Below are positions 1 to 15,838 of a stretch of DNA of 64,000 nt, piece by piece. The notes below the pieces were generated by a model. That model was given only the letters and a program-made list of their open reading frames with translations. It did no database searches and was not told the origin of the DNA. Source of the DNA: the human T2T-CHM13v2.0 reference genome, Homo sapiens; the NCBI RefSeq assembly GCF_009914755.1, contig NC_060933.1, one strand, 5' to 3'. The translations under genes were made by a program, and so were the position numbers. Each line of letters starts with the position of its first letter. Position 1 is the first letter of the stretch.

Positions 1-761
1 TCGGATTAGAAGTTGGCACATCACATCCTCATTCGACCCAAACTTTGGCCAGAAGATTGAGGGTTTGAGGATGGGTCCCTGAGTCCAAATATAACAGCAA
101 TATTTTATCATTTGTTGCTTTTTCCTATGTTTAGTCCTTTCATTATCCTTCCAGTGTTTTAGCATGAGACCCAGAGGGCTATCTGGGGGGATATCTTTGT
201 TACCATCTTTATCCCCTTTGCTCCCTCTCTTGCTTGGGATATTTCCCATCTTGATGGTTTTGGGGTAAGGTTCAAAGTTCAATTTCCCTTACTGGACATT
301 TTTCACCTTTTGGGGTGAGGCTCAATTTCCCCCACTGGAAATTTCTTGCCTTTTCTACTGCTGGAGGTTTGTGTGAGGTTTAATCCCTGCCAAGAGGGAT
401 GTCTTGCCTCTTTTTAACCTCTAAGCCACCTTGACCAAGGAGTACTTCACCACACCCCCCACCCCCCTGCAGCTTTCTTACCTTAGTCCTGACCACCAAG
501 GAAATACTTTACCAGCTCACACAGCTTCTCCTTCCTTGGTCTGTGCACAGAGTCATCACCACAGTATGTGAAGATCCTTTAAGCTAGGTTGCTGGCCAGT
601 TTTTTTTTTTCTTCCCGTGTTGCTCAGGTTATTCCTCACACTGGGTGGGTCTTGATTTCTCACCCCTGAGGCCGCCACAAGGGGACGGGGTGCACCTCCT
701 CATGAGAGAGAACCAGACACTATCCCTGGAGGGGAATGTAATCACGGGCGAGCCCCCAAAT
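1..761 (-). mobile_element. ERV1 internal leader/gag-proximal region of a HERV-IP10-like provirus (continues beyond window start)
   Basis: Lies directly downstream (minus strand) of an LTR10-type LTR and a primer binding site; contains short imperfect leader repeats. Confidence 0.8.
741..758 (-). promoter_or_regulatory. Retroviral primer binding site, tRNA-Pro type
   Basis: Reverse complement TGGGGGCTCGCCCGTGAT matches PBS-Pro TGGGGGCTCGTCCGGGAT at 16/18 and lies 3 nt from the LTR end. Confidence 0.85.
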
Positions 762-1208
762 TGTTATATGTAAAGTTTCAGTGCCGCAAAAGAAATAGCA
801 CTCAAATATAAAATTTTCTTTTTGATTCTCAGGAAGGCAATGTACTTCTATAGAAGGGTGCAACCTTACAGATGGAGCAATGGTGAGCACACACTTGGAC
901 AAGGGAGGGGAAAGAGTTCTTATCCCTGACTCATGTGGACCCTGCTGCTGTATCCTTCCCTTATTGGCTAGGGTTAGACCACACAGGCTAAACTAATTCC
1001 AATTGGCTAATTTAAAGAGAGTGATGGGGTGAGTGGTTTGGCGGGAAAAATGGCTATGACAGAGCAGGTAATTGGAATGAGTCAGGGTGGAGTAAGTAAT
1101 CGAAAAAGGTTGCTTTATGAGGAAGTTAAGTTTAAAAGTAGAAGGCAAAGAATTGAACATACTGGCATATTGATTATTTGAAAAGAAATTTAGAACTTAT
1201 ATCTAACA
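762..1208 (-). mobile_element. LTR10 (LTR10A/F-like) 5' LTR
   Basis: Minus strand begins TGTTAGATATAAGTTCTAAATTTCTTTTCAAA and ends ...TAACA; contains the CCACCCTGACTCATTC AP-1 unit typical of LTR10A/F. Confidence 0.85.
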
Positions 1209-1451
1209 GTGAGACTCCTGTCTCTACAAAAAAAAATTATAAAATTAGCCAGATGTGGCATGTGCCTGTGGTCCCAGCTATTCTGGAGGCTAAACTGGGA
1301 GGATTGCTTGAGCCCTCCCACCTCAGGAGTTCAAGGCTGAAATGGGCTATGATCATGCCACTGCACTCAGACCTCGGCAACAGAGTGAGACTCGTATCAG
1401 AAAGAGAAGATAAGAGAAGAAAAGAAAAGGAAAGAAAAGAAGAAAAGAAAA
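1209..1451 (+). mobile_element. AluJ 3' part, interrupted at its 5' side by the LTR10 provirus
   Basis: Starts mid-Alu (GTGAGACTCCTGTCTCTAC) exactly at the LTR edge; right arm plus GA-rich tail. Confidence 0.85.
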
Positions 1452-1462
1452 GCTTATAATCC

Positions 1463-1765
1463 TGGCTGGGCACAGTCATGGCTCACATCTGTAATCTCAG
1501 CACTTTGAGAGGTGGAAGCAGGCAGGTCACTTGAGTCCAGGGGTTCTAGACCAGCCTGGGCAACATGGCGAAACCCCATAACTGCAAACAATACAAAAAT
1601 TAGCCAGGCATGGTGTCATGCACCTGTAGTCCCACTTTGGGTAGCTGAGGTAGGAGGATCACTTGAACCTGGGAAGTCAAGGCTGCAGTGAGCCTGATCA
1701 TGCCACTGAACTCCAGACTGGGTGACAGAGCGAGATCCTGTTTCAAAAAAAAATACATAAAAATA
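1463..1765 (+). mobile_element. AluJ
   Basis: Full dimeric Alu with A tail. Confidence 0.9.
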
Positions 1766-1772
1766 AATTTAT

Positions 1773-1905
1773 TTCTTTCCTTCCTTCCTTCTTTCCTTCC
1801 TTCCTTCCTTCCTGCTTCCTTCCTTCTTTCCTTTCTTTCCTTCCTTCCTTCCTTCTTTCTCTCTCTCTCTCTCTTTCTTTCTTTCCTTCTTTTTCTTTCT
1901 TTCTC
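1773..1905. repeat. (TTCC)n/(TTTC)n/(TC)n compound microsatellite derived from an Alu tail
   Basis: Almost pure pyrimidine tract abutting a minus-strand Alu. Confidence 0.95.
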
Positions 1906-2189
1906 TCGAGACAAAGTTTCACTCTTGTTGCCCAGGCTGGAGTGCAATGGCACAATCTCACCCACTGCAGCCTCTGCCTCCCAGGTTCAAGTGTTTCTCC
2001 TGCCTCAGCCTCCCAAATAGCTGAGATTAGAGGCACCCACCACCATGCCTGGTTAATTTTTCTGGATTTTTAGTAGAGATGGGATGTCATGATGTTGGCC
2101 AGGCTGTTCTCAGACCCTTGACCTCAGGTGATCTACCCACCTCTGCCTCCCAAAGTGCTGGGATTACAGGGGTGAGCCTCCATGCCCAG
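1906..2189 (-). mobile_element. AluS
   Basis: Alu consensus; AATAAATTT on both flanks as target-site duplication (TSD). Confidence 0.9.
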
Positions 2190-2222
2190 TAATAAATTTC
2201 AACAAAGAAAATGTTACAATCT

Positions 2223-2812
2223 TGTTACAGGTATGCCAAGATCATATGCCTACTGCATAGTAATAGACCAATACACTGAGACAGCATGGTTTGCAGCAGA
2301 GAAAGAGTTTAATGATTGCAGGGCAGCCAAGTAGAGAGACGAGAGGAATCCTCAAATCCATATCCTCCGGGGAGTTCTGGACTGGGGTTTTTAAGGAGAT
2401 TTTGGAGGGCAAGGGGCTGGAAAATTGGGGCTGTTGATTCATTGTGGCAAGGGGATGAGATCATCAGGATGTGGAAACTTCATTCATTGGTGAGTCAACT
2501 TCTCATAGAATCCTACAGACCAGCTGGCATCAGTAGTTTCAGTATGCAGGATCTGAAAGAATATCTGAAATGGAAAACAATATTTCACAATGCTTAAGTT
2601 GCTATCTCTAGAACAGTTCAGGGGAAGTATAATCTTGTGACAGAGTTTGTGTGATTCCAGCGCAGTAGGTTGTAAACAACTATGAGGAAACAGGTCAGAG
2701 AACAAGCTGGCCTAATGATTAATGCTGAATGTGCTGCAAGGTTGGTTTGTTTTCATTTCTCCATCTCCCTTTTTCACTGATTAATTTTATAAAGTTTATA
2801 GGAACAGTTTTG
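2223..2812 (-). mobile_element. Solo LTR, LTR26-like (ERV1)
   Basis: Minus strand reads ...CCTATAAACTTTATAAAATTAATCAG...ATTAAACTCTTTCTCTGCTGCAAACC...TAACA; 4-bp flanks ATCT/ATCC. Confidence 0.75.
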
Positions 2813-2955
2813 ATCCTGTTAAATTTCTTTTAACTTTGGAGCACTGACTTCATTTTTTTTGCAGTCTGTATTTCCAGGATGGCTATTCCCAGTTTTTTGC
2901 TGGAATAAACTCATTAAAACTGAATTCTCATTCTTTTGGTTATTTCAGGTTGACA
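2813..2955 (+). mobile_element. 3' fragment of an older ERV1 LTR (MER34/MER39-like)
   Basis: AATAAACTC...TTATTTCAGGTTGACA LTR-type terminus. Confidence 0.45.
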
Positions 2956-3310
2956 GTTTTATAGAGCTATATATACCTTGTTACCTGCTACATCATGTAG
3001 CTATTTATTATTGTTATTTATTTCTTGTCTTTTATTTTATTTTCCACTAAAATATAAATACCACAAGGGCAGAGATTTTCCTGTTGGGTTAACCTGTATG
3101 TCCTCCAGAACGTAGTATTTCATGAGGTATATAAACCACATTTACTTTATCTGTTTATTTTACTGGACACCTAGGTTGATTCCTTATCTTGCCTATTGTG
3201 AATAGCGCTGCAATAAATAGGCGGATGCCAATGTCTCTTCTATGTAATGATTTCCTTTGCCTTGGATAACTTCCCAGTAGTAGGATTGCTGGATCATACA
3301 GTAGTTCTAT

Positions 3311-3645
<335 letters not shown>

Positions 3646-3700
3646 TAGTGGCTGTAAGGGTTGCATTCTCACCAACAGTGTATACAAGCTCCCTTTTCTT

Positions 3701-3850
3701 GGCCAAGTGCGGTGGCTCATGCCTATAATCCCAGCACTTTGGGAGGTTGAGGCAGGAGGATCACTTGAGCCCAGGAGTTCGAGACCATCCGGGGCAACAC
3801 AGCGAGACTCCATCTCTAAAAAAAAAAAAAAAAAGAAAGAAAGAAAGAAA
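3701..3850 (+). mobile_element. FLAM-C / Alu monomer
   Basis: Left-arm monomer with A tail; TCCCTTTT on both flanks. Confidence 0.85.
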
Positions 3851-4874
3851 AATTCCCTTTTCTCTGCATCCTCACCAGCATTTGTTGTTTTTTGTCTTTT
3901 TGAAATTGTCATCCTAACTGGGGTGAGATAATACCTCACTGTGGTTTTGATTTGCATTTCCCTGATGACTGGTGATATTGAGCATTTTTCATATATTTGT
4001 TGGATTTGACCATTTGTATATCTTCTTCTGAGAAGTTTCTATTTCTATTATTTGCCCATTTTAAAATCAGATTCTTTGTTATTTTGCTGTTGTGATGTTT
4101 CAGTTCTTTGTATATTCTGCATATTAATCTCCTGTCAGATGAGTAGTGTGCACATCTTTTCTCTCATTCTGTAGGTTGTCTTTTCACTCTGTTGATTGTT
4201 TCCTTTGCTGTGCAGAAGCTTTTTAGTTTGATATAATTCTATTTGCTTATTTTTGCTTTTTTTCCCTATACTTTTGAGGTCTGATTCATAAAATCTTCTC
4301 CCAGACCAATGTCCTGAAGCATTTTCTCTATGTTTTCTTCTAGCAGTATTATTGTTTTGGGTTTGACATTTGGGTCTTTGATCCATGTTCAGTAGATTTT
4401 TGTATAGGGTGAGAGGTGGGGGTCTAGTTTCATTCTTCTCTATATGCATATCTAGTTTATCTAGACACATTTTTTAGAGAGACTGTCCCTTCCCCCATGA
4501 GTGTTCTTGGCACCTCTGTTAAAAATCAGTTGGCTGTAGATATGTGGACTACTTTTGGGGTTCTCTATTTTGTTCTATTGGTCTATGTGTCTGTTTCATG
4601 CCAGTATCATGCGTTTTGATTACTCCAGGTTTGTAGTATATTTTGAGTTCTGGTAGTGTGATGACTCCAGCTTTTTTCTTTTGCTCAGGATTGCTTTGGA
4701 TACTTGGGGTCTTTTGTGGTTCCACACAAATTTTAGGATTTTTTTTCTATTTCTGTGAAGAAGGTCATTGTTATTTTAATAGCAATTGCACTTAATCTGT
4801 AGATTACTAGGGGAGAGTATTGTCATTTTAAGAATATTAATTATTTCAGTCCATGAGCTTGAGACATCTTTCCT

Positions 4875-5173
<299 letters not shown>

Positions 5174-5585
5174 TGTCTTTCCATTTTTTTGGTATCCTCT
5201 TCAATTTCTTTAATCAGTGCTTTGTATTCCTCATAGAGGTCTTTTGCTTCCTTGGTTAAATTTATACTTAGGTATTTTATTTCATTTTATAGCTGTCATA
5301 AATGGGATTGCCTTCTTGATTTCCTTATCAGCTATTTAATTGTTCATATATAGGAGCACCATTGATTTTTGTATATTAGTTTTTTATCTTACAACTGTAC
5401 TAAATTTGTTTACCAGTGCTAAGTTTTTTGGTAGCATCTTTAGGTTTTTCTATATGTAAAATCATGTTGTCTGCAAACAGGAACAATTTGACTTTCTCCT
5501 TTCCCATTTGGATGCCCTTTATTTCTTGCCTGATTGCTCTGGCTAGGAGTTCCAGTACTATGTTGAATAGGAGTGATGAAAGTGA

Positions 5586-5893
<308 letters not shown>

Positions 5894-6418
5894 GCAACTT
5901 TGTCTTGTTCCAATTCTTAGAGGAAAATCTTTTAGCTTTTCCCTATTCAGTGAGATGTTAGCTGAGGGTTGTCTTACATAGCCTTCATTATGCTGAGGTA
6001 CTTTCTTTCTATACCTAATTTATTAAGGGTTTTCATCTTGAAGGGATGTTGTGTTTTATCAGAAGCTTGTTCTGCATCTATTGAGATGATAATAAGCTTT
6101 TTGTCCTTAATTCTATTGATGCAATATATAACATTTATTAATATGCATATGTTGAACCATTTTTACTTTCCTGGAATACATTCCGTGTGATCACTGCTTA
6201 TTATCTTTTTGATATGTTATTGGATTTTGTTTGCTAGTATTTTGTTGAAGATGTTTGCGTCTGTGTTCATCAGAGACACTGGCCTGTAGTTTTCTTTGTT
6301 TATTGTGTTGATTCTGGAACTGGAGTCATGCTGGCCTCATAGAATGAGTTAAGAAGAATTCTCTCTGCTTCAACATTTTGAAGTATGAGAAAAATTGGTA
6401 TTAATCATTTAAAGATTT

Positions 6419-6708
6419 GGCCGGGTGCAGTGGCTCACACCTGTAATCCTAGCACTTTGGGAAGCTGAGGAGGGTGGATCACCTGAGGTCAGGAATTCGA
6501 GACCAGGCTGGCCAACATGGCAAAACCCCATCTCTACCAAAAATACAAAAATAAGCTGGGTGTGGTGGCATGCGTCTGTAGTCCCAGCTACTCGGGAAGC
6601 TGAGACAGGAGAATCACTTGAATCTGAGAGGCAGATTGTAGTGAGCTGGGATCACACCATTGCACTCAGGCCTGGGCAACAGAGCAAGACTCTGTTTCAA
6701 AAAAAAAA
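6419..6708 (+). mobile_element. AluS
   Basis: Alu consensus; TTTAAAG flanks. Confidence 0.9.
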
Positions 6709-7253
6709 TTCTTTAAAGGTTTGGTAGAACTCAGCAGTGAAGCCATCTGGTCCTGGACTTTTCTTTGTTGAAGCACTTTTTATTAGTGATTCAATCTCAT
6801 CACTTGTTATTGATTTGTTCAGGTTTTCTATTTCTTCTCAGTAGGTTGCATGTGTCCAGGAATTTATCCATTTCCTCCAGGCTTTCTCATTTATTGGCAC
6901 ATCATTGTGCATAGTTGTCACTAATGAGTCTTTATATTTCTATGGTATCCATTGTGATATCTTCATTTCTGGCTTTTGATTTTATTTATTTGGATCTTCT
7001 CTCTTTTTTTCTTAGTCTAGCTAATGGTTTTTTTATTTTGTTTATCTTTTCAAAAACCAAATTTTTGTTTCATTTATCTTTTGTGTTTTTTTTTAAGTCT
7101 CCATTTTGTTTATTTCTGCTCTGTTCTTATTATTTCTTTCCTTCTACTAATTTTGGGTTTGGTTATTTCTTTCCTTCTACTAATTTTGAGTTCTTGCTTT
7201 TCTAGTTCCTTGAGGTGCCATTACGTTATTAGAAATCTTAGAAATCTTTCTAG

Positions 7254-7649
<396 letters not shown>

Positions 7650-7671
7650 AATTTTGATACATTGCCTTTCT

Positions 7672-8993
7672 TTCTTTCTCTTTCTCTCTTTCTTTCTTTC
7701 TTTTGTTTTTGAGTTGAAAAGCTTTGTTAAAGCAAATTTGCACTGGTTTACAAAACTTCCTGAAGTATTTTAAGATGCTATCCACTGAAACTATGCCTTA
7801 AAAGTTAGCTTTTCTAAAAAAACACTGTTAATCTTCCCAAGGGCAATTTTCATGTATTAAACTGTGTATAGTGTTTTAAAGAGCTATATTCCTCAAAATA
7901 AACTATATAAAAAAGATTAAAAGTCCTCTTCATTTATTTCCCCTAAGTTCCATGCCTTTCTGAAGAGGCAGATGTCTTATGCTCAGAATCCCTTCCTGCA
8001 CCACCCATCCACCCAAAAGAATCCCTTTATTATGATCTTGTCTTCTTCTACCACACAATAGTCAGTCTGATTTTATCCATGACTGGATTACTATATACAT
8101 ATCCCCATTTTCTATGACCTAAGTTTCCCTCTCTTCATTTATGTAGTTGTCTATCATCAATGAAAAGTCAAGAGAGATGTGAGTCTGATCTTATTTGTTA
8201 CTCAAAAAATCTTATTTCTGACTGGATTCAGGCTTGGAAGCAGAAACTCACAGAGAGGAAAGTCTGCATCTCTTGGCAATTTGTTTCTGGGGCTTCTCTT
8301 TAGCCTCCTTCATGCTCTTGGCCAAAAGTTTAGTGTATTCTGCAGCCTCTTCCTTATTTTTCTTAGTACGCTGCTTCTTCAGAGCAATACACCGCCGATT
8401 GTGCTGCAGGACATGTGGAGTAACAAGATGCTGAATCTTGGGTGCTTTGGTCCTAGGTTTCTTACCTTCTTTGTTTAAGGGCTTTCTTACAACATACTGG
8501 TGGACATCATTTTCTTTAGAGAGATTGAAAAGTTTGAGGATTCTGCTAGCTCTTTGGAGCCCCAGGCAATGAGGCACCGTAGTATCAGTCTGTCCAGGAA
8601 TATCTTTCTCTCCCTTTTTTACAATAACCAAGTTGAGAATGCTAAGATTGGCATCCACAATGCAATCACAAACTGATTTTCTTTCTTTCTTTCTCCAGTT
8701 CTCCTTGGTCTGTAAGAGGACCTTACTCAGTAGCAGGCGGACACGGCCATGGGTCATGACACCCTTCTTCATGGGGAAACCTTGTTTGTAGTTCTCACCA
8801 CTGATTTGGGCCACATAATCCTTCCATTCTTCACCCAGAGAATCAGCAGCTACTTCTGTGGCCATAGGCTTCTCATAAAAAGTACGAAGTTTGAGTTCCT
8901 CTTCAATGAGTTTCCGGCTGTCAGTGGCTGGGAAGGAGATGCTCAGCTTCATCTTGAAGTAGCTGAATGCCTCCGCGGAGCCATGGAAAAGAG
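7672..8993 (-). pseudogene. RPS6: Processed pseudogene of 40S ribosomal protein S6 (eS6): full 5'UTR with TOP motif, CDS-equivalent 8952-8212, ~500-nt 3' extension, decayed poly(A)
   Basis: Intronless translation [10 protein letters not shown]...KLRTFYEK...[18 protein letters not shown]...RLSSL matches RPS6; 5' end CTCTTTTCC; degenerate 17-bp TSD at 7655-7671 and 8994-9010. Confidence 0.97.
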
Positions 8994-9184
8994 TGATATG
9001 TTGTGTTTCTAGTTTTATTTGCTTCAAGGAATTTTTTTGATTTCCTGCTTAATTTCTTCTTTGACCCATTGGCCATTAGGGAGCATGTGGCTTAATTTTC
9101 GTATATTTGTATAATTTTAAATGTTCCCCTTGTTATTGATGCCTAGTTTTACTACACTGTGGTCAGATAAGATACCTGATATGA

Positions 9185-9981
<797 letters not shown>

Positions 9982-9993
9982 TGATATGATTTT

Positions 9994-10294
9994 TTAATTG
10001 TTGTTTCGAGACAGAGTCTCACTCTGTCACCCAGGCTAAAGTGCAGTGGCCCGATCTTGGCTCACCACAACCTCCAACTTCCCGAGTTCTAGAGATTCTC
10101 CTGCATCAGCCTCAATAAAAGCTGGGATTACAGGTGCCTGCCATCATGCCCAGCTAATTTTTGAATTTCTAGTAGAGACAGGATTTCCCCATGTTGGCCA
10201 GGCTGGTCTTGAACTCCTGACCTCAAGTGATCCACCTGCCTTGGCATTTCAAAGTGCTGGGATTACAGGTGTGAGCCACCACACCTGGCCCGGC
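9994..10294 (-). mobile_element. AluS
   Basis: Alu consensus; TGATATGATTTT flanks. Confidence 0.9.
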
Positions 10295-10927
10295 CTTGAT
10301 ATGATTTTGATTACAATTTTTTTAAAGACTCTTTTGTTTGTTTTATGTCCTAACATGTGGTTAATCCTGGAGAATGTTCCATGTGCTAATAAGAATGTGT
10401 ATTCTGCAGCTGATGAGTAAAATGTACTGTAAATGTCTCTCAGGTGCATTTGGTCTGTGGCGCTGTTTAAATCTGATGTTTCTTTGTTGATTTTCTGTCT
10501 AGATGATCTTTCCAATGGTAAGTATGGGGCATTGAGGTCCTCAACTATTATTGAATTACAGTCTATCTCTCTCTTTAAATCTAATAATATTTCTCTTATA
10601 TATCTAAGTGCTCCAGTGTTGGGTGTATGTATATTTAAAATTGTCATATTATTGTGCTGAAGTGATGTTTCTGTTATTATATAATGGTCATCTTTGTTTC
10701 TTCTTTTTTTAATTTTATTATTATTTTACTTTAAGTTTTAGGGTACATGTGCACAACGTGCAGTTTTGTTACATATGTATACATGTGCTATGTTGGTGTG
10801 CTGCACCCATTAACTCATCATTTAGTATTAGGTATATCTCCTAATGCTATCCCTCCCCCCTCCCCCCACCCCACAACGGGCCCCGGTGTGTGATGTTCTC
10901 TTTCCTGTGTCCATGTGTCCTCATTGT

Positions 10928-14759
<3,832 letters not shown>

Positions 14760-14822
14760 TATGATATTAGCTGGTTATTTTGCTCATTAGTTGATGCATT
14801 TTCTTCCTAGCCTCGATGATGT

Positions 14823-15838
14823 TTACAATTTGGCATGTTTTTGCAGTGGCTGGTAACGGTTGTTCCTTTCCATGTTTAGTGCTTCCTTTGGGAGCTCTTT
14901 TACGGCAGGCCTGGTGGTGACAAAATCTCTCAGCATTTGCTTGTCTGTAAAGGATTTTATTTCTCCTTCACTTATGAAGATTAGTTTGGCTGAATATGAA
15001 ATTCTGGGTTGAAAATTCTTTCTTTACAAATGTTGAATATTGGTCCCCACTCTCTTCTGGCTTGTAGAGTTTCTGCTGAGAGATCAGCTGTTAGTCTGAT
15101 GGGCTTCCCTTTGTGGGTAACCCAACCTTTCTCTCTGGCTGCCCTTAACATTTTTTCCTTCATTTCAACTTTGGTAAGTCTGACAATTATGTGTCTTGGA
15201 GTTGCTCTTCTCGAGGAGTATCTTTGTGGCATTCTCTATATTTCCTGAATTTGAATGTTGGCCTGCCTTGCTAGATTGGGGAAGTTCTCCTGGATAATAT
15301 CCTGCAGAGTGTTTTCCAACTTGGTTCCATTCTCCTCGTCACTTTCGGGTACACCAATCAGACGTAGATTTGGTCTTTTCACATAGTCCCATATTTCTTG
15401 GAGGCTTTGTTCATTTCTTTTTACTCTTTTTTCTCTAAACTTCTCTTCTCGCTTCATTTCATTCATTTCGTCTTCCTTCACTGATACCCTTTCTTCCAGT
15501 TGATTGCATTGGCTACTGAGGCTGCTGCTTTCGTCATGTAGCTCTCGTGCCTTGGTTTTCAGCTCCATCAGGTTCTTTAAGGACTTCTCTGCATTGGTTA
15601 TTCTAGTTATCCATTTGTCTAATTTTTTTTCAAAGCTTTTAACTTCTTTGCCATTGGTTTGAATTTCCTCCTGTAGCTCGGATTAATTTGATCATCTGAA
15701 GCCTTCTTCTCTCAACTCATCAAAGTCATTCTCCATCCAGCTTTGTTCCATTGCTGGTGAGGAGCTGTGTTCCTTTGGAGGAGGAGAGGCACTCTGATTT
15801 TTAGAGTTTCCAGTTTTTCTGCTCTGTTTTTTTCCCAT
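14823..15838 (-). pseudogene. L1 ORF1p, disrupted
   Basis: Fragments MELKTKARELHDE...IWDYVKRPNLRLIGVPE and RATPRHIIVRLTKVEMKEKML. Confidence 0.92.

Noticed and set aside
1600-2036. K/E/R-rich and F/L/S-rich ORFs
   Set aside because: Translations of the (TTCC)n microsatellite and flanking Alus
7130-7188. 33-bp-period tandem duplication resembling a two-unit repeat array
   Set aside because: Simple slippage duplication inside an old L1; there is no CRISPR-like array anywhere in this eukaryotic window
8953-9027. 25-aa N-terminal extension of the RPS6 ORF in the ORF track
   Set aside because: Begins at a non-ATG codon in flanking L1 sequence and runs through the TSD and 5'UTR; an ORF-caller artefact
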